From NCBI GenBank assembly GCA_002269645.1, contig NIVC01000476.1, positions 1 through 64,000 of the forward strand: a DNA stretch of 64,000 nucleotides, written 5' to 3'. Under the pieces are notes generated by a model, which saw only the letters and a list, made by a program, of their open reading frames with translations, was not told where the DNA came from and did no database searches. The DNA is from Macrostomum lignano. Lineage: Eukaryota. Within the stretch, counting starts at the first letter, position 1. Each line of letters begins with the position of its first letter. Positions 24,291-36,399 of this stretch are shown here, one piece after another. The position numbers were made by a program, and so were the translations under genes.

Positions 24291-26865
24291 CTGACTGCCA
24301 TACCGAACTGCATTTCAGACCGCAGCTCCGGCCTGTCAATCAAGCTGCCTCCTGGACGAATCCGCAGTGGAAGAGAAGCTCAAGTCACCCTGCAGACGCT
24401 GGAAACAGGAAATCCGCCTGCTCAGCACTTCTGCTCAATTGGTGGAGCCAATCTGAAACAGCTCAGAGTGAGTTACTCACTGTGAATTTTCAATGCAAAA
24501 ATTATGCATAAATTTATAAATTACTGACTCTGTTGACTCCAGCTGCCATCTGAGTCAAATGCTTCATCAGTGTGGCGACTCAATGCATCGGCCAGCCACA
24601 ACCAGATGAGAGTCATCTGCCAGGTCGCTCAGACTCGCACAGACGGCACACTTGTATTCAATCAGTATGTCAGCAGTGAGCAACTCGATGTGTCATGTGA
24701 GTGGATTGCAGTTCAGCTTCTCTGACCCATCAGCAACTCAGATTGCTGAGACAATTAACCATCCATGCTCGCACCTGCACGAAAACAGACGCGTCAAGCA
24801 GCTCATGGAATGCAACTCAGCCTCTGGTGATGAAGGAGGGCGAGCCCGTGTCAGTCTCAGTTCGGTCAGTCGGTGGCAACCCTGAGCCCAGTCACCGGTG
24901 CTGGCTGCAGACGGCCGAGGGTCTCAGCACCAGCATGACCAGGGCCCAAAACACCCCCGAGGCTCAAAATCTAGGCGTTGAGACGCTGGTGGAATCTGAG
25001 TTCAGCTTAAGTTCCACAAGGCAGATGAACGGAGGCTCCTTGGAGTGCAGGGTCTCTCAGCATGGCCTCGAAGATCTGGATGGCAGATTCACACAGAACG
25101 TTACTGTATATTGTGAGTTTTCAGCTTCATACTTGTTACAATAAGTAAGTAATTACCTGCTGAGCCCTGTTGCAGGTGTGTCAATTGGAACGTACTTGTG
25201 AATTACACTTTGTTCTATTTCATTGTTGATTTATTAATTATTTATCTGTTTAGAGGCATGGACTGTCAGTCGACAGAAATTAATTATGCATCAATGATAT
25301 ACCTTTTCGCGTTGGGTCAAGAACGAATCTGGGTTAAATTTTTCTGCAGAAAAAAGTTGAAAATAGCACGATGTTGTGGGTTATTTGATCTGCTCCGCAG
25401 CTCTAAAATTCCCTCAATATCCTTATTGAGCATTCAACTCATGGAACCAATGACTGAGACCTGCACCGAGCTCTGAACACAATGATTTATTCCCGTTTTG
25501 AATTTTAAGCCTCTTATCGATGCTGTGGCAATGGTGGCTGTTGTTAGCTCGTACTTAAATGGGACCAAAGATTATGGTATCGGGAACCCTGACCCGCTAC
25601 GCTGTTTGCGAATTAACGGACGCTCCGTGATGTGCGGAGTCGTGATAGATAAGCGAGATAATGAGTAACATTTCGTACAAAACATTACTGTGTTCTGTGA
25701 GTAGGAAGGAACCTCTCGAAATTCTAGCAGAAAGCATGCACTAGCTACAGGTTCAAGCCCGACGTGACTTTGCACAATGGAAGCCACGCATGCAGATCTG
25801 TTATTGCATTGCCTTGCAGTTCCTTCGAACAGCATCGGTTGGACTGGCCAGCTGCTGAACGGCTCTGAGCTGAGTCTGCTGGGACAGACACAGGAGGGAA
25901 ACCCGAGGCCCGAGCTGCACTGCTCGATCAAGTCCGACACAGTCAGCATTGAAGGACTCACTGTGAGTTCATGTTTGCTGCTACCAAAGCTGCTGTCCAT
26001 CATTGCTGTACATGCATTCTCAGTGTCATTACTCACGGCCCTCTACTTGACCTTCGATGTTACTGAGCAGCTCACTCCTGAGCCCGATCTCAGAGGCAGC
26101 AACGGAGGCTGGATTCGGAGAGCTCGACTGACTCACCAGTTCTTTGAGCGACAGGATGAGGTCACTGTGACGTGTCTGATCAGCCAGAGCTTGCCCGGTC
26201 TCGGCGTTGTGTTCTCACCGGTGAAGAGCTCGAGGACTGTTCGAGCCGTGTTCCGTGAGCATTCAAGTTTTAGTTTGTGTGAGAATGCTCACAGGGTTCG
26301 ATCACTGCTCACAAAGTACACATTGTTCTTCAGCGAGCGCCAAAAGCAGAAGCAGTTCTGATAGCGGTGTGCTGCTGACAGTCGTTATCAGCTGCTTGGT
26401 GGCCGCAGCCGTCGCAGTGGGCGGCGCAGCGACTGCCGCGGTGCTGAAGCGGACCCGAGCAGCCGCCGCCTCCGCTGGCGTCACCAGCCAAGGAGCGGCC
26501 GTGGAGCTGCTGGCTGCTGCCAAGCCGCCCGACCCCAACGTGAGACTCAGTTTTTATTAAGCAGGTGTTTCAGGTGAGATTAACTCAGAAGCTTTTATTT
26601 CTTCCAGTCGGTTTACTACTATGCTGAGAGCTGAGGAGACCGGCAAGCGGTTCGTGTGGCCTTCGATGACTTCTAGGAGGCAGTAATGGGCTGCTGCTGC
26701 TGCTGCTGCCTCCGGTTCACTGCATTGGTCTATTTATTAGACAGCAACTTTTTTATTGTTTATTAACCCAGAGTTATTCGAAGAGTTTTTTCCCGAGGTT
26801 TCCAACTGCTGTGTACAGCAGGCAACACTTTTTTAAAACATTCTCTTTGCTTTGAGTTGGTTGTC

Positions 26866-27150
26866 GCCTAGCGGTCAGAGCGTCGGACTCACGACCGAAA
26901 AGTCAGGGGTTCGATTCTGGAGCCACTCGGAACAATTTGTGTCCTTGAGCAAGACACTTGTAACTCTGCAATGCTTCAGTTCACCCAGCTGTAAAATGGG
27001 TGCCAGCATTAGCTGGGGTAAATGAGGTGTGTGGCGACCCCCCAGTCCTTGGACTGAACAGCCGTACGCAGCCTTCAGATGCGCCGCGCAATAGCTGCGG
27101 CAGAGCTGTCGGTTGCGCATATGCCCATTAGAACAGGTGTAATTAATTGT
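26866..27150 (+). mobile_element. tRNA/CORE-like SINE (uninterrupted copy)
   Basis: A/B boxes, then gtccttgagcaagacactt..cacccagctgtaaaatggg; paralogous to 9990. The 3' boundary is approximate. Confidence 0.72.
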
Positions 27151-27370
27151 TACATTGATATTATCCTTGTTTTGACACGGGGTTTTCAGCTGCTATTCTT
27201 TCACAGAAGTATTATTGCTTTGTCATATATTTTATATTTTAACTTAATCAAGGACTCGCACAGTGTAGCGAACTGGTTTCATAAACGCATTATCTTCTGT
27301 TGGTTACTCAGTTTTTCTCTTGCTTTCTCTTGAATTTCAAATAAAAGTTTGTTTCTACACCATTTTACCA

Positions 27371-27901
27371 AAGTCTTGATCAAAAGAGACAAGCAGGAAT
27401 TCAATTCAAACACTTTAGGAAACCTCAGCGCTTGCGGAAATTCAATTCAAGCAAAGTCACATTCTATTGAAACAGACGAACTTCAATTCAGACTGTTTGT
27501 GACCAAAACTGTCTCTGAGTAATGCGCATGAGCAGATTTGAAATTCGAAAGAGACAAAGTGACATTCTTGTACATCATGGTGGCAGAACCAGGTTATTGA
27601 TGGTTAGGTGGCTCAAGTTGACCACAGGACACCGACTTGTTCCTGTTTTAAATTTTACTATTGTGTTCATAGATATGTTGTGTTTTATCTCTCTGTCGAA
27701 ATAGAATGTAACTTGGTTTGTTTTGAATTCCCTATCTGCTCAAGCCCGTCAATCAGGGACAGTTTTGGGCTCAGACAGTCTGGATTGAAGTTCATCTGTC
27801 TCAATAGAATGGGACTTTGTTTGAATTGAATTTCCGCAGGCGCTGGGGTTTCTTAAAGTGTTTGAATTGAGGTCCATCTTGTCTCTTTTAAACAAGACCT
27901 T
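27371..27901. mobile_element. Foldback/MITE with ~200-bp imperfect terminal inverted repeats
   Basis: 27371-27570 matches the reverse complement of 27700-27901; absent from the paralogous region near 14220. Confidence 0.85.
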
Positions 27902-30837
27902 ATTCAAAGTAGGAGGCAAATGTTGCATTAAAGTTCACTAAGACAGAACACTTCTGTGCATTTCGCATTGTTTCATGCACAGTAAATGTACAATCTGATC
28001 CGGGCTTCAATTTTAATTAATTTCAATGAATGCCATATTGGCGATAAATTTATCGAATTGCCGAGATTAAAATTCTATTCGATTCCCATTTGAAAGATTG
28101 GCACCTATCTATAGCAGCGTGCTGAAGGCTGCAGCAATGGAAAACGTGGCTTGTTTACCTACAGCGCGGTTCATCAAGGACCACTGTATATATATATATA
28201 TACAGTGGTCCTTGGGTTCATCGCATGCAAGCGGTGCAATCCATATAGTTGGAAACGCCACAGACAAATCAGGAGCGTATATAGCAACTCATTCGGTAAA
28301 ACTTTGACTTCCTGACCGACTTGATGTCCTTAGTTTAGCTTCTCGATTGCTTAAAATGCACAGCTGACTGACTGTTTCCGAAAACAGTCAATAGTCGAGA
28401 TTCTGGCAGCACTGTAGCAACTGATGAGGATGTGAACATAGTCTGAAAATGAAAGACAGTAATATAGACGGTAGTAAGTGTAGAATCCGGCTTCGCTCTG
28501 TTGAGGTTCTTCAGTTAGTCAGGCTCGAGTCGTTTTAATTTGTCATTGAAAAAGGAACCGTCATAAAGGATGCCTTTCATCGCCTCCGAAAAAAGCAAAC
28601 GACTGTCGTGACCTAAGCGGTATTTGGGACATGATGTACATGAAGTCTGGCTAACTAACGCCTTCTGTAGCAGTGTGAAGGCAATCCAGACTACGTGACG
28701 AAGAGCCTTTCTGTTAGTATTTGGGATTCAGTGTATGTCTTCAAGAAGTCCTACAGCGATCGCTTGAGCGAATCTAGGGTACCAAGGTTTCTGTCAGATT
28801 CTGTATGAGAGTTGGATTGTTGTCATGGGCTTAAAAATCAATATAAAATACCATATTATACTCCATTCTCAAGCTCAACTTTTGAAGCTGCTCGTGGGCA
28901 CTTCCGGATTCTGCGCTCATTACGGTCTAATAATAGCATTTGGCTGCGAATCCAGCGCTCTGACATTCCGCTTCGATTTTCGGACTAATTTGACACCCCT
29001 TATGCATGCAAATCCTTGCAGCAGCTTATTGTTTCACACAAGCCTAGGGATACTGTAATTCAAGCGTTCTACAAAGTGCTGAACTGCTGAGACTGAGAGC
29101 TCTTGCAGCTCGTGACTTGTATTTCTACTGCTGCTCAGAGCTGCTGCCCGAACAGGACGATCCAGTAGACGAAGTAAAGCCCACACACGGTGACTGCAGT
29201 GAAGTTTGTCGCCCCGTTCTTTCTGCTTCTAGTAGACTGATACTGCAATATTTGGCAGATACATGTAGAAGCAACACTGCTTTAGAGTCTTACAGGAACT
29301 GCTTGAGTAGGACGCTGAACTTCTTGATATTAAGTACATGTAGTCCTTGTAAATGAGCGATACAATTACTCAAGGATCTTTCAAAAGGTAAACTTGCCGC
29401 ATCTCAGGGACGGAAGGATTTAGAGATGAACTAAATTGACAATCAATCGAACACGCGGAAAAGAAGCCGGGACACAATTCGATTCAGTGCATGCATGTTG
29501 CGCCCAAATTGCTTTAAGTAGTATCCTTGGGCCATCCCATGCATGATCCGAGTTCAAGGTTTGCTTGCCAAAGTTTCCTGGCAATTTTTTCTTGTCAAAC
29601 CTGCCGAATCTATATAATGACAGCAAAACTGTGATATCGTAAGACGCGCCCTATAGTTAAAACCTAAACCTAAACTGAACCCTAACCTAAATTGCGGCAG
29701 TGAATTGACGCGCTCCCCTCACCGAGCATGGAATTTTACGAGCGTACATGTGCCTTCTGCGTGGCTGCGATTGCCGCCGAATCGCCTTGCAAACTGCCGC
29801 TCACGGATGCTCGGAATCAGCTTTTGAAACAAATCAAAACATTTGGGACAAGCTGTATATAGTTGCATAAACTATATATCCATTGCTTAGCTGCATGCAG
29901 ATTATTAAAAGTATTTGTTTTACTAAGCCGTGCTCCTGTCTCAATCTCCGGGGTTGCCCAGTGCCAGCCAGCAGGCAGTTGACGAATCGTCGAGTTTTTC
30001 GAGCACGTTCTCGCTTGGAAAGGGTGCCTACAGCCTGCAGCTCAGTGCAGCATCAGCACTGCCTGCGGACATGACGAGTCTTAAAAGACATGCGCGGAGT
30101 TGCATTGGGAGATTCGCTAGTTGACTAGCAATCGACCAACCCAGTTGACATACAGAATACACTTTCAGAGAGTTAGAAAGTGGATAGACGAAATATGATT
30201 CATTCACCGTCCCATTTCAATGTCTGATTCCTTTGAATCAACTTCCATTTTGCTCTATTCAGTCCACATCACGTGCTTCTTATGTACTCTGCAGTTCACA
30301 GCAGCTACGCCGTGTGCCGCTCTTTACTTTGTGTCACAAAAGGTCGTCTGCGCTCCCCCACCCCCAAAGCAACCGCTTAAGTGTGCGCTCAAGTGTCCGC
30401 GTACTTAGACTTGGAAGCCACGTGCATCCAGCCAACCAATCTGCTGTCAACAGTGCAGTCTGACAATTCAGTCAGTCTGTCTGCCAGCATAGTGCCTTTT
30501 GCATATACAGCGGTCGGAAAGCTGGTGCCCTGCAAGATTACAAAGAATCAGCAGCAAGAAGTTTTGTATCAAAAACTTCTTAGTCAAGGAATCTCTTAGA
30601 GATGCCTGTCCGACTGAAGGAATTTCTGTACCTTGCGGTTATACAGCATTGTGTACATCGAAGTAAGTAAGCGGTTGTTGTTCTTTTCCGGCAAGAAAGC
30701 TGTTTTTACCGATGGGTTGTTATAGGCTTTATGTATTTTATATTCCATTTTATCCCTTCTGTTACTCTGCTGTTACTAGATGTTCAAAAAAATATGTTGT
30801 CTTTGGTACAAGTTATTCAACCTCCACCTCCACAGGC

Positions 30838-33751
30838 CGTGCCATCAAGGTCTCCAGAGCTGAGATCGCCAATGCCTGGCAATCGTCTGTCTTCAATGAC
30901 GCAGGCTGCGATTGCTTCATCAGATCAATGGACAAGCCGGGCAGTGGACCTATTTTCTTACCAGCGACACTCCGGACCCCTCCGGCTACCAGTGGCTGCT
31001 GCTGAAACTGACCCGAAGTGTCTCAATGCGCTCCATCACTGTCTATGGGAGACAGGAGGGTGAGTCCTACTCACATTTCAATATCAATCTGAACGATAAT
31101 TTGAATCAGATTTTGCTCACTAAACTTTTCTCAGTCAGCCACAGAGCCCTGGGCATCGAAGTGCTGCTCAGTGAGGAGAAGCCAGCCGGTCTGGATGAGG
31201 ATGCACCCAACTGCACTGCTGCCAACTTCAGTCACAGTCTGTCCGGATTCCAACACTGCGGCTTCACCAGAAATGACAGCAGCAGTTCACTCAGGTCGCA
31301 CTTGGTGCATGAAGTGACCTGCTCAGCTGAGGCCGATGTCAAGGTTTGTCACCCAGTTGCTGCAACTCTTTCAATATTGGAATTCGCAGTGCTGCAGCAT
31401 CGCATTGCAGATGGCGCAGTATGTGCTGCTGAGGAAGTTCGTGGCCAATCAGACTGACAAGATGATGAACTTTGTGCTGCTTGAAATTGAGAAAAGAGAC
31501 TGCTTTCGGCGTAACAGAGACAGCAGCTCTGGCTGCTCTCCAGCTGACTTCTGCAGGCAATATCAGAGCGGATGCTTTGTGGAAGACTTGTCTCAGCTCA
31601 AGCTCAATGAGAAAGTGATGATTCGAGCTCGGCTGCCAGAAAACTGCACAGCAACTGCTGCATCAAACTGCAGCATCAGAATGCGGAACGGCAGTGATCT
31701 CTTGGATTTAAATATGGTAAAAATTCGACTAAGAATACTTGAGCTTGCACCTGATATGGGAATCAAACAGCAAAGGTGGAAATTCACATTTCAGAGTGCG
31801 GTCTCGGCCAGCTCTCTGATTCGGAGAACTTTTACAGTGCGGCTGTGGATGCACGGGGCGGATTTGAAGTGCCGACACAGCTGCAGTGGTGGGACTGCGA
31901 TTGGCACTTCGCACACACTGGGTGTGCAGTCCGCCAGTGAGTCAGTCTTGCCATCAGTTTTCCTGCTGTCACAGAAATCGGCATTGAAATTGCAGATACG
32001 AATTGAATGAAGCTGGCTTGAAGTTTGGCTTGCTTTGCTGGAAAGACTTTGCAGATACAGGGTCAAGTAGGAAAACTGAGTATTGGATGCAGAAAGAAAT
32101 CCTAAACATAGGAAAAGGACTCCATTAAAGGCAGTCTCAAAGTTAAAAGATGTGTCTAACCCAGAAACATCAGAAAGCTAGATGTTCAAATGGCAGAATT
32201 ATATGAATTATTGAGCCGTCTAAAACCTTCCTGTTTCGTTAAAACTAGTAAAAAGTAACCTAAGATTAGGCCTACTAATCTTAATATTTCTGCAGGCAAT
32301 ATCAGAGCGTTCAAAAACGTTCCGCATTCAGATATAAAGGGATTAAATAAAAATAATCATACCACCAAACTTTCTTATAGCCTCACTTTGCTAAGCTGCA
32401 GCTGTCTGTTCGGAGAGCACTCACTACTCAAACCTCTCGAGAGCCCTGCACCACACACTACTCAAACCCTTCCAGAGCCCTGCACCACTCATTACTCAAA
32501 CCCTTCCAGAGCCTTGCACCACTCACTACTCAAACCCTTCCACAGCCCTGCACCACTCACTACTCAAACCCTTCCAGAGCCCTGCACCACTCACTACTAA
32601 AACCCTTCCAGAGCCCTGCAACACTCACTACTCAAACCCTTCCTGAGCCCTGCACCACTCACTACTCAAACCCTTCCAGAGCCCTGCACCACTCACTACT
32701 CAAACCCTTCCAGAGCCCTGCACCACTCACTACTCAAACCCTTCCAGAGACCTGCACCACTCACTACTCAAACCCTTCCAGAGCCCTGTACCACTCACTA
32801 CTCAAACCCTTCCAGAGCCCTGCACCACTCACTTTCTGCTCCCCGCAAACACCAGCAGCCGTCAATCTGACAGCTGACACACCGGGTTGCTACTGGGTGC
32901 CAATCAGCCACAGTTGCTCTGTGCAGTCACAGCGAAATGGAAACACAGCGCTTCAGCTGCTGTCAGTGAGTCTCACACTGGCCCATGTTGCACCTGTGTA
33001 TTGGGTGCATGGCAACAGTGATCTGACATTTAGCTGTGAAAACTGACTCATTTCAGAGCACGAACTCAAGCAGCACATTCTCAGTGACTGTGAGCAGGAG
33101 CTGGGGAAACTCAGCATCAGTTTTGTGTCGGGTGAACCCGTCAGGACTGTTCGATGTAATGACTCATCGCGAGCTGCCTGCGGTTCTGTGCAAGTGTCCA
33201 AAAAGCTCGTACTTCTGTTTTTTCCTTGATGCATATTTGATTTTTGATATTCGGATGTACCTACTAAAACAGGTGAAGACAAGCACGTATGTTTTTTGAT
33301 CTGATCACTTTTAAGCCTTTACTATAATTTTGCAAAACTAAAGAATATCAATAAAAAACCTGGCCTTGTGTAGTGAAGTATTTAAAAGAAAAGGTCAAGT
33401 TAGGAAATCTTAAAAACTTCACGTGGTCATTGGACCAAATCTTCGGGTTTCATAGTTGAAACTGCAGCGGCGAGTATATTCAATTTTAAACGTTTCCTTT
33501 CTATCTTCCTTCTTACAGCTAAAAAGTGACTGCACATGACTTGATTCACTTAAAGCAGCTGGTGATGTGCTGGGAGTGCGCATCAGTCAGCGCAACTGCA
33601 GTAAAGACGATACGAAGACGTGACGGTCAGGAGGTTCAGCTTGAGATCCGCCACACTGTTTCGTCATCGAGGCGAATGAACGGAGGCTCCGTGATGTGCG
33701 GACTCGTGATAGATAAGCGAAATAATGAGAAATACTTCGTACAAAAACATT
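30838..33751 (+). pseudogene. Copy 3 (partial) of lectin/Ig receptor gene
   Basis: Lectin exons and first Ig exon are open (no TAA; reads KIRLRILELAP). Upstream exons absent, middle Ig exons deleted, last visible Ig exon cut at ~33751. Confidence 0.75.
32418..32833. repeat. 34-bp minisatellite (third paralogue)
   Basis: Same unit as above. Confidence 0.95.
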
Positions 33752-33756
33752 TCCAA

Positions 33757-35370
33757 CTACTGCAGCTGCACCCCGGCAGTAGCCACAAACTGCCTCAGCT
33801 GGTCGAGCCTCTTTCTGGCAAAGTCGTCCAAGTTGTTGAACCTCTCGAACTCGCCCACCGCGGCGTCGACGGCTGCGACGTCGCAAGCGTCGGTAGCCAA
33901 AGCCAGCGACCTCACCAGCGAGAGCTCGTCGGTGTCCTTGAACGAGCTGCACAGCCCAGCCAGCTGCTCCGCCTTCTCGCCGACTCCCGCAGCTCCTGAG
34001 CACAGCAGACACAGACAGCTCTTGGCCAGGTGGTCCTTGGCTCCGAAGCTCAACAGACTGTGCTGCTCAGCCGACACTCCCAGATCCTCAAACACCGCAG
34101 CTGCCTCTGCCAGCCTCCCACAGTCCGCCATCAACTCCCCGGCCTTGGCGCGGCTGCCCGCAGCGCTGGCCGGACTGTCCTCGCCGCTCCAGAAGTCCGC
34201 CGCTCTCAAGTAGGCATCGATGGCCTCCTCGACTTGCTGGGATGAAGCCAGCAGGTCTCCAGCCTCCTCCAGTTGTCTGGCAGCGATGCTGAACTGGCCC
34301 TGCTCTGCGTACATCTTGGCCGCTTGTTGCAGGCACCACACGGCCTTTGCTCTCGTGTCTGGCAGCTTGCGGTAGCAGTTCGCAGCCTCCGAGTAATTGT
34401 TGGCCGCATCGAGCTCGCATCGCCTTTGCTTTGAGAACAGCTCGGCTGCGGCTTCGAATGCCCGCCCAGCTTCGCTCCATTTCTGATAAAGCTTCAGCTG
34501 GTTGCCCTGCTGCAGAAGTTTGGCGGTGTCAGTAGTTTGCAGTTGGGCTGACTGGGGCTGCGTCCGCACCGGGCCTTCAGGACGCGTCTGACTGCTGGTT
34601 TCATCATCTCTAGGAAAGCTAGGGTAGCAGTTCGCAGCCTCTGAGACATTGTTGGCCACATCTATCTCCTCGAATATCGCAGTCACCGCGGCGTCTCTTG
34701 ACCAGTCACCAACTTCACTGCTTACCGCACAAATTCCGACAAGCCGCTCGAGCTGGCCCAGAAGCCGCAGCTGCAGCTCCTCATTGTCGCTCTGTTCTCT
34801 AAGCAGGCGCTCTGACCTCTCAAAGTCGGCCTCCAAGTCTCCAAGCGATTCGTGCATGGACTGGACCAGGCGAAGCAGCTCTGCCATGTCGCCTGCAGCC
34901 TCCGCCGTGGCCACCTCCTGCTTGTAGCTGGAGACGTCCTCGAGGTCCCGCTCGCACACACGCACTGCCTCAAGCACACTCGAGAGCTGGCCCGTCACCC
35001 TGCTACGAAACGAGTCGATGTCTTGCTGTACCAAATCGAATTTGTGATTGACCTCTTGCAGCTCCTGTTGGATGTCGAGAGCGAGACGATGCAGCGACTC
35101 AGCGTCTTGTTGCGGTCGCAGTAGCGCTGCACGGCTAACTGCACCTGCTGCGCGTTGTGACTCTTGTGAGTAGGCACGCAGCAGCTCTTCGACCTCCTCC
35201 TTGAGCTTGAATAGATTGGCCACATCGACACTGAGGTGTTGACTGCACATGTGGCAGCGGGAGAAAGGAGCCACACCGACTGCAGCTTTTTCGCAGATGA
35301 TGCAGAGAGGAGTTGGGGTAGCGAGAGGCGCGTCCGAACTCGAGCTGTCGCTTGAGCTTTTGCGGCTCAT
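33757..35370 (-). CDS. B-box-like/coiled-coil + alpha-SNAP (NSF attachment protein) domain fusion protein, ~537 aa, uninterrupted CDS
   Basis: C-terminal ~255 aa align by eye to alpha-SNAP (KWSEAGRAF, DAANNYSEAANCYRK, GQFSIAA, AIDAYLRAADFWSGEDSPASA, LLSFGAKDH, F.DTDE..L). N-terminus has CxxC..CHxCxxH followed by a heptad-rich region. ATG at 35370 is preceded by an acceptor (tttcag|, 35392). Confidence 0.85.
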   Translation of the reverse strand: MSRKSSSDSSSSDAPLATPTPLCIICEKAAVGVAPFSRCHMCSQHLSVDVANLFKLKEEVEELLRAYSQESQRAAGAVSRAALLRPQQDAESLHRLALDIQQELQEVNHKFDLVQQDIDSFRSRVTGQLSSVLEAVRVCERDLEDVSSYKQEVATAEAAGDMAELLRLVQSMHESLGDLEADFERSERLLREQSDNEELQLRLLGQLERLVGICAVSSEVGDWSRDAAVTAIFEEIDVANNVSEAANCYPSFPRDDETSSQTRPEGPVRTQPQSAQLQTTDTAKLLQQGNQLKLYQKWSEAGRAFEAAAELFSKQRRCELDAANNYSEAANCYRKLPDTRAKAVWCLQQAAKMYAEQGQFSIAARQLEEAGDLLASSQQVEEAIDAYLRAADFWSGEDSPASAAGSRAKAGELMADCGRLAEAAAVFEDLGVSAEQHSLLSFGAKDHLAKSCLCLLCSGAAGVGEKAEQLAGLCSSFKDTDELSLVRSLALATDACDVAAVDAAVGEFERFNNLDDFARKRLDQLRQFVATAGVQLQ

Positions 35371-35391
35371 TGTTGGATTGTCTGTGAGGAG

Positions 35392-35760
35392 CTGAAATGC
35401 AGATAAAGTTGAAACTCCACAGAGTAAAAAGAGGGAGAAGAGAGAGAAAAAGGGAGAACAGAGGGAGAAGAGCGGGAGAAGAGAGAGAGCAGAGGGAGAA
35501 CAGAGGGAGAAGAGCGGGAGAAGAGAGAGAACAGAGGGAGAACAGAGGGAGAAGAGCGGGAGAAGAGAGAGAACAGAGGGAGAACAGAGGGAGAAGAGCG
35601 GGAGAAGAGAGAGAGCAGAGGGAGAACAGAGGGAGAAGAGCGGGAAAAGAGAGAGAACAGATGGAGAACAGAGGGAGCAGAAGGAAAAAGTGCTCAATGC
35701 GCTGTGGGATTAGCAAAGCAGATTTCAAGAAATTTCCAGCCTCATTCCAAACCGACTCAC
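35392..35760 (-). other. Probable 5'-UTR intron of the SNAP-fusion gene, containing a pyrimidine-rich minisatellite
   Basis: Minus strand GACAG|GTGAGT donor at 35760; tttcag| acceptor at 35392; tandem (ctcttctccctctgttctct..) array at 35430-35680. Confidence 0.65.
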
Positions 35761-36399
35761 CTGTCAAATGCGAATGTAGTCGGATTTTGAATCAGTGAGT
35801 TCAGTGATGGTCAAGGAATACTTGGCTGAATATCCTCTGCTGCCAGTGCAAGGGTGCTGAGCTCTGCAAAAGCCAGTGTGCCACACTTTGAATCGGTGCC
35901 AGTATCGCAGGTTACAGAATTGCATCTCTGCAGCTGCAAGAATGCTCAGTCTGAGAAATTACTGAGCACACACTGGTACCTGTTTTGGGTGAATTTTCTA
36001 TTGCAGACATTTATTATTTAAACTTTGTTCATCATTGCAGCGGTGCAAAATTCGAATTTCGAGCCATTCGATATTAGAAATGTGCATCGGAGACCGGGTT
36101 GGTCTGGTTGGCAACTCTTGCTGCACTCAACTGTGCTCTGCATTTTCTGCTGCGCCTCTCATTCCGTTTCTGTGTGTGCAACCTGCGGTCTGCTGTACTT
36201 TGCCAGCAGCTGTGCGAAGAAGCTCGCGTGTGCAGAGCGGCCCTGCAGTAACAATGGAAACTGCTGGCTGAGAAACAGTGGGGAAAGAGAAGGTGCGATG
36301 AGGACTGAGAGCTGTGCTCAGGAGAGATGTGCTCAGAAGAGGTGTGCTCAGGAGAGAGAACGTTGTCAATGGGCAGTGAATTCTGTGCAATTTTAACGC

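Larger units (their letters stand above)
18986..26538 (+). pseudogene. Copy 2 of F-type-lectin-like + multi-Ig membrane receptor gene
   Basis: Colinear and highly similar to 2022-9019. Intact signal peptide (MYRNVDFFYWLHFYLTVCVLFRSFCLA) and intact TM exon (LLTVVISCLVAAAVAVGGAATAAVLKR). Shares the TAA stop (22364-22366) with copy 1 and has a 5-bp duplication frameshift at ~22453. Confidence 0.75.

Noticed and set aside
29653-29692. Telomere-like cctaaac/ccctaac repeats
   Set aside because: About four imperfect units in an internal position; insufficient for a call.
33526-33999. 157-aa plus-strand ORF
   Set aside because: A chimera of a truncated Ig exon and the antisense strand of the SNAP ORF.
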